Positions 37,040 to 48,398 of a stretch of DNA of 64,000 bases are shown piece by piece; the stretch's first letter is position 1, and each line of letters begins with the position of its first letter. The position numbers and the translations under genes were made by a program. The stretch comes from Macrostomum hystrix (lineage: Eukaryota > Animalia > Platyhelminthes): contig CATNEN010000001.1 of the NCBI GenBank assembly GCA_950097015.1, forward strand, positions 20,460,001 through 20,524,000. The letters run 5' to 3'. The notes beneath the pieces were generated by a model. It did no database searches. It saw only the letters and a program-made list of their open reading frames with translations, and was not told the origin of the DNA.

Positions 37040-37409
37040 AATAATAATAATAATAATAATTGGAGGAGGGCTGTGGGCAATGGCACATCAATTAGTGACA
37101 CTAGACCCACAGCCAGCGAGGAGGCAATTCTGCCCATTTCGCTGACTCCTGAGCACACATGCACACAGATGCTGTATGCAGGCACACGCTCACACGTGTG
37201 TACATCTGCCCTGAATTTCTCATCATCAGACAGTATACACTTCACTGTACCTTGGAGGTTGGCCCTCAAGGGCATGAATTGCACGACAAGCCCACAAGCC
37301 TTCTCTCCATGGCTGCGCCCCAAATAAATGTGACCTTGCCATGGAATTGAACTTAGGGACCATGGTGCAAGAGGCAAACGTGATAACCACTCTGCCACCG
37401 ACCCCCTGT
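37040..37409 (-). mobile_element. tRNA-derived SINE family A, full length
   Basis: (ATT)n tail, tRNA-like head and TSD CTACTTGACTT. Confidence 0.9.
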
Positions 37410-39798
37410 CTACTTGACTTGGGCTTATTTAAGTTTTTAATTTAAGTTTCTAAACTTGGGCTATATACTTCCAGTAATACAATATCAACTACCATATTAA
37501 TCTTATTTTAGGCAACCATGCCTGATGTAGGGAGGCATATAGCTAGCTAGACTAAAATTGACAGGCTTAAATTACATAAACAAAACATACTATGATAGCT
37601 AAGAGTCCTTTCTATTGCCCATGCACCAACTAGACAACAATGCTTACATATATTATTCTTTTTGTTTAAAAAATGTTCCTAAAATTGTTTTACTAAACTG
37701 TGTGTTCTTATACTAGCTATAGTAATGTTCTGCTGCACTTTTTATGGCTTTTGTGATAAAATCTACATGTGTCAAGTTGCCAAGGGTTAGATTTTTTGCA
37801 TAAGCACTAGCATATTTGATACACAAATTAACACTATGCCTCAGTACTACTATGCAAAGCCTTAAAAAATTATTGGAATTTCACCCAAACATACTGAATA
37901 AGCATGAATACAGTGCCTGCATTATTTCCATCTTTGGTTGTCACCTACCTTTATCTAGACAGATTTGCCCAACTTTTACAACCCTGATACAAATTTTCAA
38001 TTTTCACTGCTCAAGCCAAAATATTAGGCATGGCTCAACCACAGCAAACTATTGCCTGGTAACTGTCTCTCAACCAATCAGTTACCATCCAACACTGATA
38101 GCATTCAGGCACTGCCCAAAAATTATAGGGTGGAATTCCATTCACATGGTATCAAAAATAGAAAGCAAAATGGCTTGGTAGTTCAACTATTAATATATTC
38201 AAGCATTTGTTATCATAGGGCCTACTGAAAGACCATTAAACTTTTAAATAGGCTAACTTAAATACAGAAGGGAAAAAGGAATGCTTTATAAAAAATGATT
38301 AGGCAATCCATTAGAGTCTAAAATTATTCGCTTCATGAACCACTTGGTCTTGGGCATACAAAGTTACTGCCATAAAGTTATGAAACATATCAATATAACA
38401 TCACATAATATGCTTATATTACATAAATATGAAAATACAGAAATTAAATTGACCAACCTTTACAACCCAACCAAGCTAGCTATAGTATTGAAAAGAATTA
38501 TCACAAAAACAATACATGGAATAAAACAAAACTATACACTATACTGTCTTGTTGTTAGGCCCAGCAAATAGGTCTAAAACCTGTGGTTTGTAGTTTCAGT
38601 GCAGCTGCAGTGCTAAGCTAGTACCAGTCTACCAGACAGAAGGTGTGGCTTTAAGCTAGGCAAAGCTATCATTTACAAAAAATGAAAAAATAAAATGTAC
38701 AGAACACAAACTTTAAATAGGCCCTACACACAAATGGTCAGTCCATCAACTGAAGCCTCCAATTTAGGCAGTTAGAAAGGCATAGGAGGCTAGGCCTACC
38801 TAAATTTAAGATCAGGACTAGAGTGGTAGGAGACTAAGCTAGCTAGGATAACTAACAAGTAACAATAGCAAGCTATTATTGAGGCAGAACTTTATGACTG
38901 CATTTTTGCATTCAATCTTAATGGAAAATGTATTTTTTTATATTAAAAATAGGGCCTATAGACTTATGGCGGCTTATGCTTATTAGCTTAGGTGCAATCA
39001 AATAAGTTAAGGTCCTTGGCCTAGAGTCCTAGAAATGGTGCTAGAAAATTGAATCCTAATCACAAAAATATCAGATTTTACATTTAGTGGTCGAAAGCTA
39101 TGGTAAAATATATTGATAATTGACAGATGATTAACATTTATATTGTAACATAGCTACATAGGCCTCGCTGCGTCCGTCATGGAGGCTCCCCGCCGCTAAG
39201 TCAAAAGTTTAAGTCAACATAGGCCTACGGAATTAAGTAAAGAAATACGAAAACTGGTAACCGATCAATCATTAGCTTATTGGGTATATGGAAAGCATCA
39301 AACTACTACCTTAGTCAGTGTTTGGACTTTAGAGATAAGCAAAAATTTCGCGTCACTTTGAACTTCAACGAAATTTTGTGTTTTTTTTTAATTCAATGAC
39401 GAAGAAGGATTCTTGTTAAAATGGTTTTAAAGCAGATCTTTCCGGTGCAATTAGTGCCAATAACAAAAACAATTATTTTTTAATTAAGATGACAGCAAAA
39501 CGAATATAATTAATGTTTTTCAACTTTTACTAATTTTGATACATTCGATTCGAGGGATTAAATAATTGCTTTCAGCGGCATCAATAATTCACTTTTTAAA
39601 ACTTTATTTTCCAAAAACATGTTTCCTAACACCCGCTTCATATAAAGTGTGCAATAAAACTTCCTATAGAAACTTGGCTTTTAACTGAGCAACTTATACA
39701 AATAAAAAGCATTAAATGCATATTATTAGCTAAAAGCATTTGCTTTAAGTGATTGTAGTTCTCACTGAAAAAGTCCACTAACTTGGCTCAATAAAAAT

Positions 39799-41159
39799 AT
39801 GCTTGTGACCGCGATAAATAGTTTTATTGAGAGTGCTAGCATTGTTTCCTCTGAGCTACAGAATATATTTAGCGGTGAGTCTTTTTGTTGCACAAAGGCA
39901 TAACACAAAAGTTATTTTCATCGTAATTCAAGTGTAATTACCGAGCAGTTTGTATGCAGAACGTGTATGTATTTACTACATGTTTTTAGATCTGAAGAAT
40001 TTAGGCTGCTATGAAGACTTCGACAAGAAGCTGCATATCTGCGGAAAATTAATTGGTCTCTATGCCGCCATGCTCAGTCAGTAAGTCCTCTCTACGGCTA
40101 TGAATTTCGAAAAAACCTGCCTTTTAATTATGTTAGGGGCTGCTTATCTCCAATGTATTTTAGATGCCAAGCCAGCACATTCAAGGCTTTGGATTCGATG
40201 ATTAAATCGAAATTCGCTCTTGTTGAAGTTCAACAAGCCTTCGAAGACTTTCTTCAATTCGAGGCACGTTGCACTTTATATATTATCCTGCATCAGTAGT
40301 ATTAGCTCCAAGCTTTCACTACAGACAAAATATTTAATTTAAACTTCAGGCATCATGGGACGAATTTCTAGACAAGCTTGACTCGACCGCTCTGCAGCAG
40401 CAGCAACCGCAAGCCGTGCCAACCAGTGGTTCCGTCGTATCCGATGTACTTCAGACTGAGCTAATTCGTGCCTCTGACGGCAGCCAACTGCCCTTGCGCG
40501 AGCTGATTCAGTCAAAGACGCGGTCAGTTCTGTTAGTCTTCCTGCGACACCTGGCCTGACACCCCTGACAGCAGCACGTGGCAGAGTTGCAGTGGCGGCT
40601 TGTGAGATTTTTAAGCTAGCTTTAAATTCTTTTTACATACCATATTCGCAATCAATTCACTGCCATTCCAACTGAATCACAGCCAAGCCTGCACGCAGCA
40701 AACTGCCAGGCGCTGCTGATCAGCTTCGCGTCAGATCCTGCAATAATTCGCGACTGGCTAAAACGCGTCACCGATAAATCTAAAAGTGCCAAGTGCGCTA
40801 CATTTGTTTGTTCACAGCAGCAAGATCCATCATTCGAACTAGAAGCATTCGGCGATCCGCAGCGTCGTTTATATAGACGCTTCGGTTTGACAAGATCGGC
40901 CGCCAAAAGTTGGGGCGCGGCCGCGTTGCGTCACTACGCCGAGCTGGTCGCGTCCGGGGTTCGAGCCGACCGACCGGCTAATCCGGACACGGAGGATCTG
41001 CTGCAGATGGGTGGCGACTTCCTGCTTGAACTGGCTGCTGACAGCGACAGTTGCGCGCTTGTCTATGGCTACGCCGGTGTTTCGTCGACGGATAGGCCAT
41101 CGGTAGAGACTTTGGTTGCCGCTGCCACTGCAGCTTTGCCTCAGCTAGAGCGGCAGTAA
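39799..41159 (+). CDS. SELENOL: Selenoprotein L (thioredoxin-like AhpC/TSA-type fold) with a UxxU motif, 331 aa, 5 exons
   Basis: Exons 39799-39874, 39990-40080, 40164-40263, 40350-40601 and 40683-41159 join in frame (996 nt). In-frame TGA at 40557-40559 and 40566-40568 give VLLVFLRHLA-U-HP-U-QQHVAEL. Upstream FEDFLQFEASWDEFLDKLD and downstream GDPQRRLYRRFGL...EDLLQMGGDFLL...DRPSVETL match SelL motifs as I recall them. A SECIS is present downstream. Confidence 0.92.
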
Positions 41160-41398
41160 AAGCAACTGTGTCAAACAGGTCGCAGTTTGATGTTACTGCA
41201 CACATTCAAGAGATGGACCAGATGTACTTTCAGTGAAGCCGGCGCACTTTAAATGACAGCGTTCAATTTTAAACAACTTTATATTTTGATAACTAACAGT
41301 GCATTGTCACCAGCTTGAGTGCATGTCTTGTAACAGCGTCGATATTTGTCTTCTTGTTATTGTTATGTACTTCGCGAGTTAGACAGAAGTGGCGAAAA

Positions 41399-41491
41399 AT
41401 CCAACGCATCCTTGACGGATCCGATTGGAAAAGCCAGATAACAAAATTGTTGCTTGGCTCAACGGGTCCCGAACATTAAAAGCGTGTGGAT
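41399..41491 (+). promoter_or_regulatory. SECIS element (type II) in the selenoprotein L 3' UTR
   Basis: Helix I ATCCAACGC/GCGTGTGGAT; core TGAC (41413-41416)/CGAA (41470-41473); helix II GGATCCGATTG/CAACGGGTCC; unpaired AAA (41429-41431); apical mini-helix AGCCA/TGGCT. It lies about 240 nt after the stop codon and just before AATAAA. Confidence 0.85.
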
Positions 41492-41505
41492 ATAATAAGT
41501 ATAAC

Positions 41506-41511
41506 AATAAA
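41506..41511 (+). terminator. Polyadenylation signal of the selenoprotein L gene
   Basis: AATAAA 15 nt after the SECIS, followed by a GT-rich tract (TTTCGTTGTTG). Confidence 0.6.
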
Positions 41512-41557
41512 TATTTCGTTGTTGATCTGCTACATAGTCTATTTATTAATTACTATT

Positions 41558-41974
41558 TAGCTTTTGTCAGGCTATCTCAGCGAATGGGCATTCAAACTCA
41601 GCCAGCCCATCTTGTCACTGCGGTTTTTTTACTGAAGCTGCTAATTTTTACCATAGACATGCATTTTAAGATCATGCTATGTATTGCTATGTATATTGCT
41701 ACGCTTGATCTCCGTCCACGCGGAGATCAAGCGTCTTCTATCAACGTTGCTGGTTGCCCTCATTTTGGCGGAACAGCTTCAAATGCTAACAAAACTATAG
41801 ACAGAATAACGTAGAACTTATATGTTGGCTGAGATTGCTCGTCCCAAGCTGAGATAGCATGGTCCTAAAATGCATGTCTATGGCAAAAATTAGCAGCTTC
41901 AAAAAAAACCGCAGTGACAAGATGGGCTGGCTGAGTTTGAATGCCCATAGGCTGAGATAGCCTGACAAAAGCTA
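41558..41974. mobile_element. MITE / non-autonomous DNA transposon with ~130-bp TIRs
   Basis: TAGCTTTTGTCAGGCTATCTCAGC...CATGCTAT is inverted at the right end (...GCTGAGATAGCCTGACAAAAGCTA). Flanked by the 4-bp direct repeat TATT. No coding capacity. Confidence 0.85.
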
Positions 41975-41989
41975 TATTAACTATGAATA

Positions 41990-43244
41990 CACTCAGCAAC
42001 ATTTAAAACGCAACACTCTAACTAGAAGAAAAATCAAATCACCCAGAAGAGTCAAAGCGCATAGTCTATGGTTCAAATCGAGCTTCAGAAACGCGTGTAG
42101 CTTCCTCTCGCAAGTAACAGGGCGATGACTATGGACTGTTTTCAGATAGAGTGATCCAGCTGAGAGAATGGTTCAACAGATGACAGACGCGGAAAGATGG
42201 CGAGCAGTCGGAATGTTGGAAGCAGGTTGTACTCTTCGAACAGTTGCGAACTACTTCGGGAGGTCGCCTTCAACAGTTTTACGTCTGCTACAGAAGAGCA
42301 GAGCCACTGGAAGCGTGGCTCACGCGAGAAAAGGTACGGTGCTTCACCAACTTCGCAGTACAACAGCGAGGGCAGATCGACGCCTGCTGAGAATAGTGCG
42401 TGGAAACCCCACACTGCCTGCCACACTCCTGCGAATGATGTGGGCAGAGAGAAGCCGCAGAGGCAACGTTCTCAGCGCGCAGACGATTCGCCGCAGGATT
42501 CACGCTGCAGGATTGCGGTCAAGAAAAATGCGGAGGAGGTCGCGTTTGAGTCCTGCACATGTCGCTAACAGCTAGGAACTGTGGGCCATGCAGCGGGCGC
42601 ACTGGCGGCAAGGACAGTGGCAGCGCGTTATCTTTACAGACGAGAGTCGGTTTCGTCTTTTTTGCAGTGATGGTCGAATTCGCGTCTGGCGTGAGCCACG
42701 GCAAGAGCTTCTGCAGCAGCACGTGCAAAGCTGCGATGGGCAGGGACCCTCCGTACACGTGTGGGCAGGGATTTCAATGCGAGGCAGGACCCAGCTGGTT
42801 TTCCTAGACGCAAGCGTGAACGGCGATGAGACGCTCGTTTGCTGCAGACGCATCTGCTCCCTTTTGTTAACAACCACTTTGGTGGCGTCGCAAACTGCAA
42901 ACTGCATCTTCGGTGGCCTTCAAGATCCCCTGATATGAACCTAATTGAACATGTCTGGGACTTTATCAAGCGGAGTGTTCAACGGCAGAATCCGCCGCAG
43001 ACAGTCGCTGAACTGCGACGCTGTTGCTAAACGCTGTTGCTAACGCGTGGCAGGAAATTCCCCAGGACTTTTTTCGACGCCTTGTTCTGGGAATGCCACG
43101 TCGAGTCAACGCCCTGTTACTTGCGAGAGGAGGCTACACGCGTTTCTGAAGCTCGATTTGAACCATAGACTATGCGCTTTGACTCTTCTGAGTAAGTTGA
43201 TTTTTCTTCTAGTTAGAGTGTTGCGTTTTAAATGTTGCTGAGTG
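41990..43244 (+). mobile_element. Tc1-like (DD34E-type) DNA transposon, defective
   Basis: TA TSD and ~140-bp TIRs starting CACTCAGCAACATTTAAAACGCAACAC. Transposase remnant from 42168 with HTH, FTDESRF, WPSRSPDMNLIEHVW and RGGYTRF*. It is frameshifted and the second-Asp (QDNA) region is absent. Confidence 0.92.
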
Positions 43245-44335
43245 TATAACAATGTTTCACTATTTGACAGTCCTCAAATAGAATAGTTTGAAGCTCGGCA
43301 GATTTTTAAGGTCGCAGAGTTACCTTAAACTTGTTTTGAGTTTGATTGATGCCTGATAGAATTCAGGCGATAGGAGTTTTATCCCCTCAAACTCCTCCGA
43401 TGGAGGAGTTCCGTGCGTAAATGAACAATTGCACACAACACCTTCAATGTTGACATACAACAACACGTTTTTATTAATATTAAATCTATTCATCTGAATG
43501 CCGATTGCTTCTCCCGACAAGAAGCGAAGTGCAACCATCACCAGGCAACACATATTTGACGTAGATTTAATTGATTACATTAGGCTTATAATGATAAGGT
43601 AAGAAAAACAAAAAACCTGCCCACACTGGTACATGTACCATTGCTCAACGACAGAGCAATGCCAAAAGAAGAATAAGTCAATAATTCAGAGATCTCATTT
43701 CTGGAAGCCACGTGAATCGATATAATAAAGCATACATCTAGCTTATTGACGATAACGTGATGTCATGCGCTAAGGATATGTAAGCATCTAGGAGTGGCAG
43801 CTTTCACCTGAGGATCTGGGAGTTAAATAAAAGACAGTTGCTGAACATGAATAAAGAAAAATAAACTGTTCATAGAACAGAAGGTCACGGGTATAAAAGC
43901 GAAATAAAACATAAAACAAAAGAATTAAATGAAACCAGTGACAACAGCTCGGTGGAAGTAGGAACTAGCAGAAATATTGTGATTTACATATAACTAAATC
44001 TTAGGGGTCGTTAATTTGCAATCGCGCAAACGCCGTCTTCGTAAAAAGCAGTGCTTAAATACAGAAATATGTGCTTATATATGTACACAGGCAGGCAGTA
44101 ATCTCGAAAAAGCAGTATTTTTTAAAATGGGTAAAACTATGAACAAACAATACAAGTGCTGTAGAATGATTCTTAACTTTTCCATGACGTTACATGCTTC
44201 AAAATGTTATTTAATTCTCCGACAGGCAGTTTAGGCGAGTTTTGCACAACATTTAAAAATATTTTCAAGATCTAAGTGCAGATATTTGTATATTTTGACG
44301 AGTCTAATTCCAGACAGGATGGATGGCCGGGCGTA

Positions 44336-45632
44336 CGAGGGTCACTCAGAAAGTCTTTAGCCTGAGTATGATCCACGAGACGCAGAAGCATGAAATTTGT
44401 CTATGGTAAAGACCACCTTTTAAAAGTCTTATAGCTAAATTTTCAAACAGAAGCAGTTACTTTTGAGTCCACTGCAGTGAGCCAAAGTCAGTTCACCCCT
44501 TGCGCCGTTCAATTGCACAATGAAGCTGGAAAATCGTGACTTCAGAGCTATGATGTACTTGCATTTCAAGCAAGGCAAGTCGCCGGCCGATTCATTTCAA
44601 ACTTTACAAGACGTTTTCGCTCATCTGTGTTCGTCAAAAACTGGTTCGCTGAGTTTTGCCGAGGTCGAGAAAGCCTCGAAGATGAGCATCGATCCGGGAG
44701 ACCCTGCAACGCAGTGACCCCAGAAAATATCTGCGCTGTGTCCAGCATGATTGACGCTGACCGGCGAGTGACCTACCAGCAGATCCAGCAGGAGATGGGC
44801 ATTGGATCGGGGAGTGTGCACACCATTCTGCACGAACACCTCGGAGTGCGGAAGCTGGCTTCCCGGTGGATCCCCCATCAGCTGTCGGACGAGCAGAGGG
44901 ACACCCGGGTGGCTTGGTGCCGATTTATGCTGCAGAAATTCGAATCTGGGACCAGCCGGCGTATCTGGGACATCCTCACGGGAGATAAGACCTGGATTTA
45001 TCAATACGACCCCGAAAACAAGCGCCAGTCATCCATGTGGACCTTCAGAGACGAGGACAGCCCAACCAAGTTTCGACGCAACCGGAGTGTCGGCAAGCAG
45101 ATGGTGGCCTGCTTCTTCATGCGCACTGGACATGTGGCTTCCGTTTCACTGGAAGATCGCCGGACAGTCACCGCTGACTGGTACACAACGGTTTGCCTGC
45201 CCAAAGTTTTTTCTGCTTTGAGCCAGAGGCGCCCAAGGTGCGGAATGCGTGGGGTGCTTCTGCACCACGACAATGCCAGTGCGCACACGGCAGCTCAAAC
45301 TCTCGAGTTTCTGGCCGACTGTGGTGTCCAGCTGATGACTCACCCTGCGTACAGTCCAGACCTGGCACCGTGCGACTTTTTTTTATTCCCGAAGTGCAAG
45401 GAGATATTAAAGGGCCAGATTTTTTCTTCGCTGGAAGAAGCTGTGAATGAGTTCAAAGACGTCATCGGGGACCTCCGGGATGAGGATTGGCGGCAGTGCT
45501 TCGACAGCTGGTTCCACAGGATGCAAGCCTGTATCAATGCGGGGGGAGAGTACTTTGAGCAGTTGTAATGGTTTTTTAGTTCATATGTTGCTGTTTTCTT
45601 GTTCAGGCTAAAGACTTTCTGAGTGACCCTCG
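44336..45632 (+). mobile_element. mariner (DD34D) DNA transposon, nearly intact
   Basis: TA TSD and ~28-bp TIRs CGAGGGTCACTCAGAAAGTCTTTAGCCTGA. Transposase from ATG 44520 to 45568 with one frameshift near 44630. Motifs WIPHQL, TGDKTW, HHDNASAH and YSPDLAPCDFFLF. Confidence 0.96.
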
Positions 45633-45725
45633 TAACTGACAGTGATTGGAGGTAGAATCGGATTCTGAAGTTGTAAAGCTTCAGTTTCCCGCTAGTTTTA
45701 AGCTGCTTTAAGAAAGTATGGCCAC

Positions 45726-45950
45726 GTTCTGAAGGTGCTGCTTAATGTGGAGGTTTTGGGACGTTTTGAAGGTGCTGGTTGTTATGGAAGTTTTGGGACG
45801 TTCTGGAGGTGCTGGTTGTTGTGGAAGTTTTGGGACGTTCTGAAGGTGCTGGTTGTTGTGGAAGTTTTGGGACGTTCTGGAGGTGCTGGTTGTTGTGGGA
45901 GTTTTACGACGTTCTGGAGGTGCTGGTTGTTGTGGAATTTCTTAGACGTT
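45726..45950. repeat. 37-bp minisatellite GTTCTGGAGGTGCTGGTTGTTGTGGAAGTTTTGGGAC
   Basis: Direct reading. Confidence 0.9.
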
Positions 45951-46497
45951 TTTGTTACGAATGTTTTCGTTAAAGTATTGAGACTATCTAAAGGCTTTAG
46001 CTGTTGCGTAATTTCTGGGACCTTTTAAGGTTCTGGTTGTCATTTTATGGTTTTGATGTTCGGTTGTTGTTGAAGATTAGGGTATAAAAAATAAGGAATT
46101 GGAAGTAAAACAAAAGTAATAAATGTTGTACGAAGTCCAAGTCGACCACCAACTGATATCTAACAAAAAAATGTTAGCAAAAGTAGTAAAAACGAATTAC
46201 ATGCGACTAAGTACATGCAAGTGTACTTAGAAGGAAGATAAAGCACATGTAGCAACAATATTACAGTTTCAATTGACAGATTATTGGTATTGTGACTATA
46301 ATAATCTGACTAATAATCAATAACTTTAACGGTGAATCCCGTTTATACGTAGCAAAATTCAGTTATTTAAAAAAGAAAAAGAACTAGAAAACTAGGAAAA
46401 ATTAGGGAGAAGATAAGCAACAATAGAAAAGCCAACAGCTCACAGCAATTGCAATGATATGCGCGCATGCGAATTGAAACTAACGGCTGCAGAGCAA

Positions 46498-48355
46498 TCA
46501 AACTAGTGTGGTCCAAAGCCAGATCAGCACATTGCAGACACCCGCGAATGCTAGACAGACGAGCAGCCGTCTGGGCCGAAGCCACGGCGCCAGCATAGCC
46601 GACAATCCGTTCGGCTTGCTGTCTGAACTGTCGAATCCGCCGCCGCTGCCATTGCCGCCACTGCCGTAGCGAGTCACGCGGAGCATAAACACGGCCCTGG
46701 AAATCACTAGGAACAGCGCCAGAGCGGCTAGCACCAGGGCCATGAAGAAGGCCAACGAATGCTGACGATGCCGGGTGTGAGCTTCGCTAAGCTGCTGCTG
46801 CTGCTGCTGCTGATGTTGATGCTCATTGCCCTGACGCTGGCGCAGGTGATGCACGTGATGGGACCCGGCATCGTGTCGGCGGCCGGAGCTTACGTAATCT
46901 TCGTGGTTGGATGCCAGCGCTGGCGGGTCGGATGCTCGCGGCTTGGGTCGACGCCTTGGCAATATCGGCATTTTCTCGAGCGTTTCTTGCTCTTCTTCGG
47001 CGGCCGAGTCGTTACTAAAACGACTAACCCGACAGGAGCCGGGACCGCTCGCGACGCCAACAGAGATGCCGCGGGCCCGCATTCGACAGCGATGCTCTTC
47101 AAGGCGTCGGCCAGCGGCCAGCAGGTCCCTGGTGGACTCTGGCTCGCTCCAGAGCCGCTCGGCCACTGCGGACGCCAAAGGCCTGCGGGAGGATGGAATT
47201 ATGTGTGGTACTCGGCGTGGTATTGTGTGTGGTACTCGGTGTGGTATTGTGACGGCATTCGATGTGGTATTGTGTGTGGTACTCGGTGTGGTATTGTGTG
47301 TGGTACTCGGTGTGGTATTGTGTGTGGTACTCGGTGTGGTATTGTGTGTGGTACTCGGTGTGGTATTGTGACGGCATTCGGTGTGGTATTGTGTGTGGTA
47401 CTCGGTGTGGTATTGTGTGTGGTACTCGGTGTGGTATTGTGTGTGGTACTCGGTGTGGTATTGTGACGGCATTCGGTGTGGTATTGTGTGTGGTACTCGG
47501 TGTGGTATTGTGTGTGGTACTCGGTGTGGTATTGTGACGGCATTCGGTGTGGTATTGTGTGTGGTACTCGGTGTGGTATTGTGTGTGGTACTCGGTGTGG
47601 TATTGTGTGTGGTACTCGGTGTGGTATTGTGACGGCATTCGGTGTGGTATTGTGTGTGGTACTCGGTGTGGTATTGTGTGTGGTACTCGGTGTGGTATTG
47701 TGACGGCATTCGGTGTGGTATTGTGTGTGGTACTCGGTGTGGTATTGTGTGTGGTACTCGGTGTGGTATTGTGTGTGGTACTCGGTGTGGTATTGTGACG
47801 GCATTCGGTGTGGTATTGTGTGTGGTACTCGGTGTGGTATTGTGTGTGGTACTCGGTGTGGTATTGTGACGGCATTCGGTGTGGCATTGTGCGTGGTATT
47901 CTGTGTGACATTGTGTGTGGTACTCGGTGTGGTATTGTGACGGCATTCGGTGTGGCATTGTGCGTGGTATTCTGTGTGACATTGTGTGTGGTACTCGTTG
48001 TGGTATTGTGACGGCATTAGGTGTGGCATTGTGTGCGGTACTCGGTGTGGTATTGTGTGTGGTACTCAGTGTGGCATTGTTTATGGTACTCGGTGTGGCA
48101 TTGTTTGTGGTACTCGGTGTGGCATTGTTTGTGGTACTTAAATTGTTTTTGGTCAACAATTGCTTGTTTGTGGAACAATGCGGTAGGGATATATTTTTTA
48201 GCCAATATAGTGGTCGGAAGCTCACCAGATTCTCTGGAGCACAGTGCCATCGTTCTGGTATTCGTTCCACATGCAGGCCTCACCGCCAAGAACGTTAGAC
48301 ATCCAAGATGGCTTTGACTCTGCAGCTGGAGGCTGCCGTTGCTGCTGCTGCTGCC

Positions 48356-48398
<43 letters not shown>

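Noticed and set aside
40557-40568. Reading the two TGAs as pseudogene stop codons
   Set aside because: They are the only interruptions, occupy the redox-motif positions and are accompanied by a SECIS.
41230-41345. Alternative SECIS starting at GTGAA (41233) or ATGAC (41253)
   Set aside because: I could not form a convincing helix II with a matching GA on the 3' side. The 41399-41491 fold satisfies all elements.
43260-44330. Unique sequence between the Tc1 and mariner elements
   Set aside because: I recognised no supported ORF, repeat or RNA structure.
46498-48270. 590-aa mucin-like ORF
   Set aside because: It is read-through of a satellite-filled intron into the true last hexosaminidase exon, which starts at 47182.
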